A stretch of DNA of 34,584 nucleotides from Octopus sinensis (GCF_006345805.1 NW_021831663.1:1-34584), one strand, 5' to 3'. Positions 1-13,029 are shown, counted from the stretch's first letter. Notes: a model not told the origin generated them from the sequence alone. Translations and numbers: made by a program.

Positions 1-178
1 AGCTTTGGATCTAGCTTAGAAATCAGCTCCTTCTCTGTTAGCAAGAAATCTTGAAATAAACTAAATGATGACATACATACATACATACTTGCATGCATAC
101 ATATTTACATATATATATATATAGCGAAATTTTCTTAAAGAATGTTTTGCGTTATGAAGTTCTGAGGAAACACTATAC

Positions 179-276
179 CTTTCCATTCTCCACAATGTCA
201 GTTAACATGACTATAGTGTTGCATTTCAATTGCCAGACCATCCTCCAGAAGTCCGTCACCGTATTTTGTGTAGGAC
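179..276 (-). CDS. Receptor PTP, catalytic-domain exon ([33 protein letters not shown])
   Basis: Manual translation shows the DFWRMVW and IVMLT PTP motifs; AG/GT boundaries; 98 bp, phase 1-0. Confidence 0.95.
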
Positions 277-474
277 CTGTTCAAATAAAAGAACAAAATG
301 AAAACCACTAAGGAAAATTTAAAATAACCTAAAATTTCTGCCTACAACCTATTCCAATTGAAATTGACGTGTGGTCATCTGCGCGAGTCCTGAGAATTGC
401 TTCTCAACGGCCCAAACATTAGAAGTGATTGTCACTGAAATTTATAGTAAAGTTCCTTTGTCTTATTCTGATAC

Positions 475-775
475 CCGTTTCAGTCATTTAAGTGCGGCCA
501 TGCTGGAGCAGTGCCTTTAGTCGAATAAATCATCCCTAGGACTTATTCTTTGTGACCCTAGTATTTATTCTATCGGTTACGTTTGCCGAATCGCTATGTT
601 AGGTGGACATAAACACAGCAACACCAGTTATCAAGCTATGGTGGTAATGCTGGGGTGGGTGGGGAGCACAGACACACGAATATGCTTCCCACACATATAG
701 ATACGACGGGTTTCTTTCAGTTTCCGTCTATCAAATCCACTCACAAGACTTTGGTCGGCCCGAAGTTATAGTAGG
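475..775 (-). mobile_element. Octopus-type SINE fragment
   Basis: Contains tttcagtcat..gcggccatgctggagca and tttcagtttccgtcta..aaatccactcacaag; related copies at 4530, 8570 and 32230 in this window. Confidence 0.75.
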
Positions 776-1249
776 GTTCGATAATTACACATCGAAAGGA
801 AATATAAGATATATAATATACGCATATTCCTTTGGTGGGCGATAGAAAAGAAGAATTAAATGAAAAATTAAAAATATTTTGGGCATGAAATTTCAATTTA
901 CTTCTGTAGTTTCAGCATTCGCTTTGTGGATGTGCTCATGTTTGTCAGTAGACGCATGTATATGACCGAGTGTGTATGCATGTGTTAATGTGCATGTGAG
1001 TGTAATGGGGTGAGTGAGATGTTCTCCTCACTCCCGTCTCTTGCCTCTTTATTCCTCTTCCTTTCATAACTTACTTTCTCGTTACTCTTTCTCGAGTGCC
1101 GACTCCCATCAATCTCTGTTCTACATCCACCTGCACAAGAGAGACTTCCACTCTGCCCCATTTTCCTCTATTGCTACTTCTCTTTCATCTGTTACTCGTC
1201 CTTCTACTCTTGCGTTGCAGCAAGAGATAAAAGAATAAACGCCTATATA

Positions 1250-1661
1250 TGAATGTATGCATGTATGTATGTATGTATGTATGTATGTATACATGTATGC
1301 ATGAATGTGTGTGTGTATGTATGTATGTATTATGTATGTATGTATGTATGTATGTATGCATGTATGCATGCATGCATGCATGTATATATGTATGCATGTA
1401 TGCATGAATGTATGTGTGTATGTATGTATGTATGTATTATGTATGCATGTATGTATGCATGCATGTATGTATGAATGTATGTGTGTATGTATGTATGTAT
1501 GTATGTAGTATGTATGTATGTATTATTATGTATGTATGTATGCATGTATGCATGTAACGTATGCATGTAATGTATACATGTATGTATGTATGTATTATGT
1601 ATGTATGTATGTAAGTATGAATGTATGTGTGTGTATGTATGTATGTAAGTATGTACGTATG

Positions 1662-1694
<33 letters not shown>

Positions 1695-1893
1695 TGTATG
1701 TATGTATGTATGAATGTATGTGTGTATGTATGTATGTATGTATGTATGTATTATGTATGTATGTATGTATGTAATGTATGTATGTATGTGTATGTATGTA
1801 TGTAAGTATGAATGTATGTATGTATGTGTGTATGTATGTATGTATGCATGTATGTATGAATGAATGTATGTATGTATGTATGTATGTATGTAT
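1250..1893. repeat. (TATG)n-based compound microsatellite, ~640 bp
   Basis: Visible directly; source of the spurious MYVC/HTYI ORFs. Confidence 0.97.
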
Positions 1894-2210
1894 ACTCATC
1901 GAAGTTTATTATAGTAGACTGACTTATATGAATGAGGGAAGTCTAAGATATGTAATAATTAGCTGATTGATAGGGCTGCTGCTTTTGTTGAGAAGAAAGT
2001 AAACATCTGAAAATAATTTAGGGATAGATTTTCAGTGAAAATTTATGGAATATCTATTTTTCTTTACCCCTCAAATGACCACAGAAATGCGATATATAAT
2101 ATAACCTGGAAAATACAGTTTCATTTACTGAAATCCCTGAAGATGTTAGGATTCACGCAAAACTTTCAATATAATTATTTTTCTTTATCAATATAATTAA
2201 TAATACATAC

Positions 2211-2235
2211 CTTGACAAGCGATATAACGCTGGTT
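2211..2235 (-). CDS. Receptor PTP micro-exon (NQRYIACQG)
   Basis: YIAxQG motif; tttcag acceptor and gtatgt donor; phase 0-1 fits both neighbouring exons. Confidence 0.9.
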
Positions 2236-3009
2236 CTGAAACAAAACAAAGGTAAATCAAAGGATTATTAACATGTCAAGTATTAAATACCAAAGAATGA
2301 ACTATGAAATTTAATTCATTATCGAAACTTCCATCTATGTTAAGGGTCATGGCTTCTTTTACTTTGTTGTCGTAGCAAATATTAATAGCGTTGTTGCCCC
2401 AACTCATCTTCTTTGCTACGTTAATATTTGACCATGGATGGTTATAAATTTAACACAGCAATCTCAAGAAATATTCACCATTCATAATCTGCACCTAGTA
2501 TCTTAATTTAGTTATCTCTATATCTACGGATTACTGATTTTATCCTGAAGTAAAATACTTGTATTGTGTGCATATTAAAGTGCATACATGCTGATGAGCG
2601 TTCGTTTCAATTTGAACAGAAGTGAACTTTGCTAAAAATAGTTATGATTGTTATAGTTGTAAGTAGGTTTGTTATATTTTTGTCACAGAACAATTCTCAT
2701 TTGTTCTAATTTTCTTCCCCTCTTGTTTTAAGAAAATAGCAAACTCACTTCCGTGAGGTTGCGAAACAGTACTCAGTATTACGAATAAGTTAGGTTATCA
2801 AATAACCCAATAAACACTCTACATTTCGTAAAACTACAGAATGATCTTCAAATATTTAAATAGGGAAGAAATTCAATGGTCACATATATACAGCATCAAA
2901 ACGAAGACGAGCTTAGTTTACATAAACCAAGGACACCCCCACGTTAAAAGGAAGTTATAGTAACATATGACATGATTCATAGAGATTCATAGAAATATTT
3001 TTGACGTAC

Positions 3010-3083
3010 ACTGATGAAGTTTGCATTGATGTAATCTGAGGAGGACATCTCGTCAGGTTGAAGCCTAACACGTGAATGGTCGT
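3010..3083 (-). CDS. Receptor PTP exon (YDHSRVRLQPDEMSSSDYINANFIS)
   Basis: DHSRV and DYINAN motifs; canonical splice sites; 74 bp, phase 1-0. Confidence 0.95.
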
Positions 3084-3281
3084 CTGAAATATGCAGCGAA
3101 GATATATTTATTTTAACGAAGAAATATTTAGAAAGACATTAGTTATATCGGCAAGAAGTATAATTTACAATGGAATCTAAAAACTACCAAAAAATGCTTA
3201 AATTAGGAAAAACGTTACCAATAAGTGAAATTATACATCTCTTTTGCGATTATATTTTGTTGTCAGATTTACACGCGGTAT

Positions 3282-3329
<48 letters not shown>

Positions 3330-3570
3330 TTCTATGCATGCCACGACTTAGCAGCTTTAATCGGTGCTTAAATTCATGAAATATATAAAACATATATAAA
3401 CGAAGTAATCGACATTATGTGAATTACTCCGAGCATAGAAGGGCAGTATAATGGAAGAGCTTTGTCAAGCTGGAATAATATCTAGATTTTTCACAACAAA
3501 GGCGCACATTTTATTTCAATTCTTTGATGGATATGATACCGTAAATACAAAAACATAAATCCATATTTAC

Positions 3571-3658
3571 AAGGCAGTATCGTTTTATAGCGATTCTTCT
3601 TTGTATTCTCAGGTTTTGTTGCTTCAGTATAAGGCAGTGGTAAGGTCTTTGGCAGTCT
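3571..3658 (-). CDS. Receptor PTP exon (RLPKTLPLPYTEATKPENTKKNRYKTILP)
   Basis: KNRY phosphotyrosine-recognition motif; 88 bp, phase 0-1; lies within supplied ORF 3491-3697. Confidence 0.95.
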
Positions 3659-3884
3659 CTGTGAAAATAAGAAAACGATAGCTGTACATTTTAACAATGT
3701 TATAAATAATAAGACTAAATTTCAGTAAATGAGACATAACAGACATTTTGTTAGTGGACACAAAACAAAGAATCTAAGAAATAACAGTGATTAATATTAC
3801 TAAATATATAGTTGTGAAAAGCTATTAACAATATGTTTAGTGACAAAATGATTTCAGATATGGGAGCAGTTTTGAGTGGAAATG

Positions 3885-4050
3885 ATAAGTCGGTACAATG
3901 TTCCTTCGATACTTGATTGCTGTTTTATTTAATCACTCCCAAAAAGAGGAAAGGCAAACAACAACTCGGTGGGATTTGAGCCCATAGCATAAAGTATCGG
4001 AAGAAATAATGCAAGGCAGATTTATTCGAAGCCTCTGCCAGCTCACCGGT
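3885..4050 (-). mobile_element. Degenerate tRNA-derived SINE of a second family
   Basis: Minus strand reads ggctcaaatcccaccgag..tttgcctttcctct, a B-box-like motif plus a body resembling common octopus SINEs. Confidence 0.45.
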
Positions 4051-4330
4051 CTTGTGCTACAATAGTGATAAGGGATCGCTGTTTTCTATTTTCTATTTTA
4101 AAATAGAAAATTATTTCTATAACACTGTTTTCTATTTCAAAATTTTGTTGCAATTGTTTTCGTAGTTGGTTAACTGATGTAGTTTACTATGCTGAATTAA
4201 CACACCACCTTCCAATTCTATTGATACATTAAATTTATACTGACACTAATAAGAATAATGCAACATTATTACAATAAAGTGGTTTACAAATGAAAATGAA
4301 ATTAACATATTCATAAAAATAGTCGCTGAC

Positions 4331-4455
4331 CAAGAACTCATCATTAAACGGCTCCACTTCTTGTTTCTTCTCAGAGACGTATTTCTGCAGATTTGACTTG
4401 AACAAAGTGTTGGCAATGTTCACGTATATACTTTCGGTTTCGTTCAGCTGGATTT
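4331..4455 (-). CDS. Juxtamembrane/wedge exon (EIQLNETESIYVNIANTLFKSNLQKYVSEKKQEVEPFNDEFL)
   Basis: FxxEF immediately before the KNRY exon is typical of RPTPs; gtcagc donor. Acceptor position inferred from phase. Confidence 0.8.
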
Positions 4456-4527
4456 CTTCACAGAGATGTGGTATAAAGAATGACAAAGATTAATAAAGAT
4501 TAATAAGAAAGAATTGCACATATGGTT

Positions 4528-4640
4528 ATACGACGCTTCTTTCAATTTCTGCTTACCATAACCACTCGCAAGGCCCTCGTCAGCCGGAAGCTATAGTAAA
4601 AGCTAGTTGTCCAAGTTGCCATTCAACTCTGAACCATGCC
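4528..4640 (-). mobile_element. Degenerate SINE fragment, same family as 475-775
   Basis: Similar to 704-775 and continues into a CORE-like segment. Confidence 0.6.
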
Positions 4641-4832
4641 TGTGTCGGTATATGTATATAAATATAATTAAGTAGAAAGCAGAAAGATAGCAGTTCGCAT
4701 TATTTCTACGTAATTAAGTAGATATGAAAATACTTCATACGTGAAAAAGAGAGCAGAAAATTCATGATAGGTCTTCACAGCTGTTTCAGGGATAAGATAT
4801 AAGATATTAGACGAAATCTGGATGTGGATTGC

Positions 4833-4882
<50 letters not shown>

Positions 4883-5009
4883 CTGTTCTAAGTTAGTTAT
4901 ACCATGTGTCTGTGTGCATGCTTAGGTGCGTGCAAGCGTATATATGTATACATGTACATGTATGTAGAAAATGCTAAAAGGATTCATACTAAATGTTAGG
5001 ACTACTACT

Positions 5010-5247
5010 ATCTGCTGCCTACTACCTAGAACTCACATGAGTAAAAAAGAGACAGAGACAGATAGAAAAAAAGAAAATGTCCCTTACATTTGAAAACTAT
5101 GGAAATATATTTTAAAAGATTTCACTTAATTTTTCCACAATTTAATTGTTTTCCATGCTTTACTCTGGAGAAGTCGCAAAAACTGAAACTGGTACTAAAA
5201 TGTTCTTCCTGATAAAATTATTTTAGCATTTTCTTCCTTGTCTTATT

Positions 5248-5255
<8 letters not shown>
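5010..5255 (+). mobile_element. PLE-type 3' end fragment with a decayed minimal hammerhead, ending in (TA)n
   Basis: Homologous to 18888-19207 (ctacc.agaactcaca; ctggaga-agtc..aact-gaaa-ctgg-ta). Confidence 0.55.
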
Positions 5256-5314
<59 letters not shown>

Positions 5315-5319
<5 letters not shown>

Positions 5320-6076
5320 CTATAAATACAGTTTACATTAAAACACATACGAGGCATCCATCATAGGAATCCTTGCACGCTAGAAAGAACAGTTAAATTA
5401 AAAACTACTATTAAGGATATTTTTAATTCCCTTCGAAGTTTGGAGTTTAACTGCTCTTTCTAGCGTGCAAAGAGTCCTATGATGGATGTCTCTTATGTGT
5501 TTAAATGTACACTGTATTTATATGAATAATATATAGTCTATTGACTAAATTGTTTTACACGCCAGGCCACTGGAAATAGAAATTTCTAATATTTCTTATT
5601 ACCCTTGATATTAATTATTGATAATTTTTCCTGGATAATTTTCGAATTGAAAAGCCGGCATTATTATTTACTGCCGGCAAGGAGCTTCCATTGCGCGGTA
5701 GATTAAAAAAATTAGAATGTATAAGCACGGGGCATATACTGGATTGCCCCGTGCATATATATTTAATCTAGGTGTACCTGCTGAAGAAGACTTTGCCTAC
5801 AAATTATTATATTTGCTAAAATAAATCTAAAAACATGGTCCAGGAGTTAGATGGTAAATGTTTTCATTTTTCATTCCATTCTAAATGTTATCCCTAATAG
5901 TGGTTTGGAATTTAACTGTTCCTTCTAGCATGCAAGGAGTCCTATGATGGATGCCTCTTTTGAGTTTAAATGTACACTGTATTTATATGAATAACATATA
6001 GTCTATTGACTAAATTTTTTTACACGCTAGGCAATTGGTAGTAGAAATATTTAATATTTCTTATTACCCTTGATAT

Positions 6077-6078
<2 letters not shown>
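5315..6078 (+). mobile_element. Non-coding mini-PLE/retrozyme-like element between (TA)n tracts
   Basis: Direct repeats 5438-5613 and 5903-6078 (period 465); inverted copy 5315-5419 of ~5889-5993; hammerhead-like core in between. Confidence 0.75.
5777..5844 (+). ncRNA. Degenerate type I hammerhead ribozyme
   Basis: cctg-CTGAAGA-aga...tct-aAAA-acatgg-TC-cagg; stem I cctg/cagg is perfect; the catalytic G of GAAA is mutated to A. Confidence 0.6.
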
Positions 6079-6107
<29 letters not shown>

Positions 6108-6161
6108 TATATATATTATATATAATATATATGTATTATATATCTATATATATATATGTAT

Positions 6162-6230
<69 letters not shown>

Positions 6231-7164
6231 AAAGAAAAAATGGGATTAAAAATCCTGGTTGATATGAATTAAGCACTCAGTATTATAGAGTAAGATTAAA
6301 TTCCTGCAGTCAGATACCAGAAAATGTAAGTAGAATGCAAATTCCCGGTTAACCTCATGTATGACAAGTAAATCCAGCAATCATTTTACAAGAATTTTAA
6401 AAATTCAGAGTATTTGGCAACAAATATATGTCCGAAAAAATCATATCTTTATTTTGGATCGCACCTTAAAAATCAAACGGTTGTTTCAAATTCAGATCAC
6501 AATTGCATTTTGTTTTTACATTTTAATTGCTTTCTTTTTCAATCTCTTTTTAATTTTTTTTCAGTCAAGTTAATTACGCTTTCAGCATTGTGTTCTCTGT
6601 ATTAGAAATAATTGCAATATTTCCCATCGAAGCCTTGCACAGCATTCACTTATACTTCAGCGTATGTCTGTATGCACTCATGTATTTATGAATGAGTATG
6701 CATGTATGTTAGGGAGTGTGTGAGTTGATGACAACGTGTGTTGTGGTGCGTATATGTGGGTGCGCGTGTATGTTATACATAAAAACTAAGTGCGTCAGCT
6801 TCTGATCTATTAACCGGTAGTTCTCCCGAGAACTAGCTTGTCTTCTTCTCCCTTATCCCTTGGGTACTCCATAATTATTTGATCTTCTTCCCGTCTTTCA
6901 TATTATTACGATATCCCGCACCTCCCCACCATCCCATGCTAAACTCTACGTTCATTCATCGTTACAAAACGTCACCCCCAAGAGGTCGTCCCTAGATTAA
7001 TATCCTACCTAATCATTATGATACATATATGTAGAGAAACAGTTATAATGTACAAAAGACAACATAATAAATCATAATAAATTAGCCACTGGTTTTCCGA
7101 GACGACGAAACGTTCACAAGACAGAGAAGAAAAATTGAAGAAACAGTGAGAGATAATAACCTAC

Positions 7165-7259
7165 CTGTATCTTCAGGAATGGCTCCTGCATACTTATTCT
7201 CCGGTATTTTGCGTATTTTCTGGTCACGTTTTGCAATTGGTATTTTACCCCTAAATTTC
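7165..7259 (-). CDS. Basic juxtamembrane exon (KFRGKIPIAKRDQKIRKIPENKYAGAIPEDT)
   Basis: Open frame rich in basic residues after the TM segment; tttag acceptor, gtaggt donor; phase 2-1. Confidence 0.7.
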
Positions 7260-8261
7260 CTAAACGAATTACAGAAATATTTCATGAATTACAAGTGTAT
7301 GATTATCAATGTGATGTCTAAGACAAACATGTTAAATATTATACAGTTCCAGTATAATGTTAAATAGTATGTTAATAATGATAACAGCTCGTCAATTTTA
7401 TAGTAATAAATCAAAGAATTAAAAGTTAAACAGCAAGGTCTTCAATTTCATACTAAAACTGAAACTATAAGTAATCTGTAATACAACCAGTCATATGAAC
7501 ACATTCTTACTTATAGGTTAGTTTTCCTTTATTTATATCACAAAGTTTTGCGAGGGAAATATTATTGCCATATGAGAATATTATTTCTCCATCTTATAGG
7601 GATTAAATTCTGAACCTATGTGAAATACTGTTATTTTAAACATTATTAGATTACGTAGAGTGGCCTTACTGCCTTGTGGTCATTATTTTCATCCTTTACG
7701 TTCAGAATGCATTCAGTTACCAAATTTATCGCTGCTAAGTTGATAAAATAAATGTTAAATAATATATTTTATTTTTGGAGTCGGTTCCAACTAGCTACAC
7801 CTATTGTTTGTCAGTTATATTACGGTGCCAAAAATAACAATGCATAATTATTAGTAATATATGTAGGTATCTACCTACTTACGTACATACATACCATACA
7901 CACACCACGCACCATTAAACACACGAACACACACAGGCGAAATTTGCTTTCACATCCCACGAAAATTATAAAAATAGTTTTTAATATGTTAATATAAAAT
8001 TCTTAAGTAATGCAACAGTTCTTACTTCTAACATTAATTCAGAATTTAGCATAATAACAGGCAGTTATTGAATTTAATATTCTCGTAAGCAGTAATAGTA
8101 AATCAGTACACATGGTAATTAGGAAAGGATATTGCATATTTATATGTATTAGATTATATAAATTATGAATTATGACATATTCTTATATCACAATAACCGA
8201 AAATGGCACATAGTAAGGACACTAACTAAAACTATAATGGTCATTTAACTCCATTAATTAC

Positions 8262-8394
8262 TTTTGAAAGTAAAAAAAGGTTATAAAAAATATCCACATA
8301 CCAATACCAATTGCAGTCACCAGTCCTATGATTAGTAATATGAACAAGAGCAATGGAACTAACACAAACACCAGGGTACTTTGGGCTGATTTCT
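8262..8394 (-). CDS. Transmembrane exon (EKSAQSTLVFVLVPLLLFILLIIGLVTAIGIGMWIFFITFFYFQK)
   Basis: Long hydrophobic run; ttccag acceptor. The donor gtaatt at 8261 gives phase 2, matching the next exon; an alternative donor gtatgt lies at 8301. Confidence 0.8.
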
Positions 8395-8435
8395 CTGGAA
8401 AATGAGAAAATGCATTGGTTACTTAAACACATATG

Positions 8436-8505
<70 letters not shown>

Positions 8506-8510
8506 CGATA

Positions 8511-8561
<51 letters not shown>

Positions 8562-8564
8562 TCT

Positions 8565-8670
8565 TCACCTGGTTTCAGTCATTTTGATTGCGGCCATGCT
8601 GGAGCACCACATTTGGTCGAAAACAATCACCTTATTCTTTGTACTATTCTATCGGTCTCTTTTGCCGAAA
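8565..8670 (-). mobile_element. SINE 3' fragment, family of 475-775
   Basis: gtttcagtcattttgattgcggccatgctggagcacc...tattctatcggtctcttttgccgaa. Confidence 0.7.
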
Positions 8671-8709
8671 TTATTATTATTATTTATAGTATATGCATAT
8701 ATATACACA

Positions 8710-8825
8710 CATGAATGGGTGTTGAAAAGTTCATGGTTTTAAGTAAAAGAAGATAGAGGAGAATATGTTAATTATGATTTTATTCAATATATACCCTTCT
8801 CAGATTCAAACACTTATTGCAGCTC
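8710..8825. mobile_element. Possible mariner/MITE terminus
   Basis: gggtgttgaaaagttcatgg resembles the TIR at 10616; no partner end found. Confidence 0.35.
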
Positions 8826-9539
8826 TCATTCATAGAGGTACGGATCGCACCCTTCCCCCACTAATTTTCAGTCTTTATGGATGCCAAATATACAAAAACC
8901 GACGCCGAGATACGCGAATGTTGCAAAGGAGAGCATGACAATGTTACAACAGAAACCATTGCAACATAAAATCAAATTATAAATTAGATAATATCACATT
9001 GATATGTTAGGAATAGAATTGTGTGCAGCGCAACCAATACACGACAAGATTTAGCAGAACAAAACTGTGTGAAAATAAGATCAAAAATGAAGCTGAGAAG
9101 CGTAGGATATAAAGCTACGATGGATGGGGGATTGAATACTGACATATCAGAAATTACTTCTGACTAGAAACTACCAAACATCTTTAATGAGGCAGAGTAA
9201 AAACGATAACTTTAGTATAAGTAGAGGCTGTACGAAAAAAGAATCAATAACTTGACACTACTTCCCACGTGCATTCTTAGTGAAAACAGGCTAATGTTGC
9301 TTAGAAACTATAACAGGGGAATCTTATGAGCTGGCCATTTGGCATTTCGGTGAGATGTTCTTAGAAAGATGTAGCGTAACTGAGAACTACATGAAATGCC
9401 TCACATTACACATTCATTCCTACTAATAATCTGGTATATATTGTCTTCATAATATATCAAACTCCTTATATATCGAAGAATCAAAGAATCAATTAGAGAA
9501 ATAAGTTATCTATGACACTATTAATTCTCATTAATACAC

Positions 9540-9909
9540 CTGTTAATTTCAGGTTCACATAATTTGTGGTCTTCATTCTTTTCCTCTTGATAGTAACATT
9601 ATAAATAAGACATTTATACAGTCGTTATCACAGACCACCTATCAATTCACTCGGGTTGTATATTACCTCTCCAATCCACCTCGTTTAACTTAATATTATA
9701 TTACAAAACGTGTTTTGTGGTATCATGTCCCACTTTAATTAAAAGTTACGGATTGATCCATGAATGAATATTTAGAAAATATATTCAGCTTTATATCAGT
9801 GCAGCTCAATTTCTATTAATAAAATCCATTTGATAAAGTTTTGTCCATCGCATTGTTGATAAAGAGGCATGTTTCCATATAATCTGTAGCAAACTGAGCT
9901 ACTTAACCA
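9540..9909 (-). CDS. Possible extracellular stalk exon (interrupted frame)
   Basis: ttttcag acceptor and gtgtat donor between the last EGF exon and the TM exon; partial Cys-containing reading, but it needs frameshifts. Uncertain. Confidence 0.3.
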
Positions 9910-10170
9910 CTGAAAATATCACAACGAAGACAAAATACATAAGATGGCTTTTACTTCCGTACTCTTAAAAAATGATGACTATACTCATTTTCTGCATTAG
10001 AAATATAATGAGGTATCAAAACATACATCTTTACTCAATATAAGAATTTTGAAATAACTCTTTATTAAAACTCAATCAGTTTTATTATAAAGAAGGAAGG
10101 TAAATACGCTGATTTAATAATATTAAAAAAAAATCAATAATTCATGCGTATAAAATGTATTGAAAATAAC

Positions 10171-10300
10171 CTTTTTGGCAGTTGAATCCGTGGTATATCC
10201 TTCATCACATGTACCTGGACAGGAGCCGTTAATGTTGTTACACTTTTCAGAACAACGACATGACACATTGCATCCAAGACCAAATCTATCATGGAACACT
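10171..10300 (-). CDS. EGF/laminin-EGF exon, type A (EC..DRFGLGCNVSCRCSEKCNNINGSCPGTCDEGYTGFNCQK), with small indels
   Basis: 8-Cys MEGF10-like spacing; canonical splice sites; 130 bp versus the expected 129. Confidence 0.85.
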
Positions 10301-10615
10301 CTGAAATCGAAGTGGTTACAGACGAATTGCTATAAGGATAATTTTATAGTCTTATATAGACGGTAAGATCTGCCACAACGAAGTAAAGTTATTCTTGTCC
10401 ATCAATTTCATTGCATCTTAAGATAAAGAAATATAATCTATCTCGTATGAAAAATGGACAAATAAATTATTTAGATGGAAATAAATATTTTCCAGATACT
10501 TGGATTAAACTCATTTTGTTAACTATATCAGTGAAATGTAAAATGTATAATAAATACAGAAGCATGGTTACAACAACATTCGTATGAAACCAATGACACC
10601 AGCAAAAAACAACGT

Positions 10616-11416
10616 AGGAGGGTTGGCCGAAAGATTCATTGGTTAACTATGAAGGAATGAGGCTAGAGCTATGAAATGCTACATGAATGAATTTCAGCAC
10701 ATTTTACTAATATTTGCATTGTAAACTGACATTTGATTGTTCAAAGAAGACTTCAAATGTAACTAGCAGCAACTTCTCTACAAAAAGTACCACAATCAGC
10801 GTCGTGCTGTTATCAAATACCTACAAAAAAAAGGTTTAGGCCCGGAGGACATTCATGCTGACATGGTTGCTACATTAGGGCATGTCATTCCAGGTTTAAC
10901 AACATTGCAAAAGTGGGCAGTTGAATTTAGCGGGTGAGGGTGTGTGTTGATGTTAACGCAAGGTCTGGAGGTCTGGAGTACTATTCCAATTTACTGAGGC
11001 AGTTGCGAAAGGCTATCCACACCAAATGTCTAGGAAAACTAATGAAAGTGGCTTTGCTTCATCAGCTCAATTCTCCAGCATAGAAGTCCTTGATTTTAAT
11101 GGCTGCTGTGTGTGACTGTCTTTGAACTAGTTGATCACTTACCCTACTTTCCTGATTTGGTCCCACCTGACAAATGTCTGTTTCCCCAACTGAAAAAACA
11201 CTTGGCTGGGAACTAGGATCGCAATGGCGATGATGTCATACCGCTGTCGATATTTTTTAACTAAGGGTTGAAAGCCTCTTCAGCAATGGGATCCAAGCAC
11301 TGCAACTCGATTGAAGAAATGTATGGAATGCAGGGGGGACTTTTTGAAAAATAAGCCTCATTGATGTTATTCCATTTGAGTATCTTGGTCAGCTTATGGA
11401 CTCGTCCACACGAATA
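10616..11416 (+). mobile_element. Internally deleted, decayed mariner transposon
   Basis: Translates RAVIKYLQKKGLGPEDIHADMVATLG..LQKWAVEF (HTH) and LLHQLNSPA..HLPYFPDLVPPD..LFPQLKKHLAG (YSPDLAPxD-like); imperfect TIRs at ~10616-10650 and ~11386-11416. Confidence 0.85.
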
Positions 11417-12283
11417 TTGTATTGCATCAAAGCCATACAGCCTTCGCGTAGATCAGTCATTTTTTGGCTTTCCTCTTATTAGTAAACGCTGATATCTAAA
11501 GATAACTAGTCATTTTAGAGTAATAATGCCATGAGTGAAATACAAATCAGTCTAGGATGTTGATATTGCAGCATATGTTAATCCTCCTAAATAATACAAG
11601 AGATGTACCGTATAATATGAAAATAATTTCAGTTAACTATCACCATTTTCCAGCCTCTAACAATGGTTATGTATGTCGGTGGGATTTACAAAAATGTAAT
11701 ATTTAGGTTATTTATGGCAGTAGTCTACGATGTAGATTATTAATTAATATGCTATATAATGAAAGAAAAACAAACACAATTGTTGATAATTTGCTATATA
11801 TACCATCTTTCTTTACAAAACATGTGTTTATCAGTTAGGTATCGGTTCTACATTTGGTTTCTGCTTTTATTCCCAGTCTAGCAGCATAATCTCTAACATA
11901 ATTTCAGTTTCATATTTAAAGCATTATTAATATACATAAATATTGTTGTGAGATATATCAAAACAGTGAATTATGTAGTTAAAACTGTAATGTATAATAT
12001 GACCATACCCTGCTTTTACTGGCGAAATATATTTATATCATTCCACAGGCACATATTCTGGGAATGAGTAAGGCATGAATAGTATGGCATCACATTTATC
12101 TTTCGTATAAATGTCACACAATCTATCACAATCATAAACCAATATGTGAAAGGTGTGCAATATTGACAGATACGAACTACCTCTTCAATTAGAATAATTA
12201 TCGAAGGAGTAATTCATATTTAAAATTGTTTGACTTATGTTACTATGCACGCATATTAAACTGAGGACATCAAAATATGGGAC

Positions 12284-12314
<31 letters not shown>

Positions 12315-12315
12315 A

Positions 12316-12384
<69 letters not shown>

Positions 12385-12524
12385 ATACGTATAAAATAAT
12401 ATGACGTTTGGGAGTTCTCATCTTTCCACTCGCACATTATTAAAATAACAGGAAATATTTAGAAAGAAACGAATCCACAGGTTGAGACATATTTTTAAAA
12501 ATATAATATAGACTTAAATTATAC

Positions 12525-12658
12525 CTTGTTGACAATTATCACTTCATATCCAGCAGCACACCCATTTGGACATGTTCCATTTCGTCTGTCGCACTTTTTG
12601 TTGTCAACACAGTGACATATATCTATACAATTTACACCAAATTTATCTCCTTCACATT
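12525..12658 (-). CDS. EGF exon, type B (ECEGDKFGVNCIDICHCVDNKKCDRRNGTCPNGCAAGYE.DNCQQ), 1-bp deletion
   Basis: Cys pattern and splice sites; 134 bp versus the expected 135. Confidence 0.88.
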
Positions 12659-12901
12659 CTGAAAATATTGGTATAAACAATTATATTAGATATCATTTAC
12701 TGAATATAATAAAAGTTATATCTATAATACTTTCTACTTCAGAATATAATTAAGATATTGTATGCCTAAATAATAAACATTAAACATTTGTTCGCTTAAC
12801 GTAATATGTTATCATAAAACAAGATTGAACAGGTAGAGACACATTAAATGAAATATAAAAATTAATTTAATAATTCTGGAATAAAGTATAGAAGAAATTA
12901 C

Positions 12902-13029
12902 CTTCTTGACAGCTGGATCCGCTGTATCCTGCATCACAATCACCTGGACATGATCCATGTACGTGGTCACATGTTAGGGAACAATGACAATCCTTTATGC
13001 AATGTGACCAAAGCTACCACTGGAACATT
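12902..13029 (-). CDS. EGF exon, type A (ECSNGSFGH.CIKDCHCSLTCDHVHGSCPGDCDAGYSGSSCQE), 1-bp deletion
   Basis: Cys pattern and splice sites; 128 bp versus the expected 129. Confidence 0.88.

Noticed and set aside
1121-1966. ORFs such as [16 protein letters not shown], and YIYIYI or CVCV ORFs elsewhere
   Set aside because: They are translations of (TATG)n, (TA)n and (CA)n microsatellites.
4741-4817. Extra juxtamembrane exon in ORF 4668-4862
   Set aside because: Candidate splice sites do not preserve frame, and the flanking exons already join in phase.
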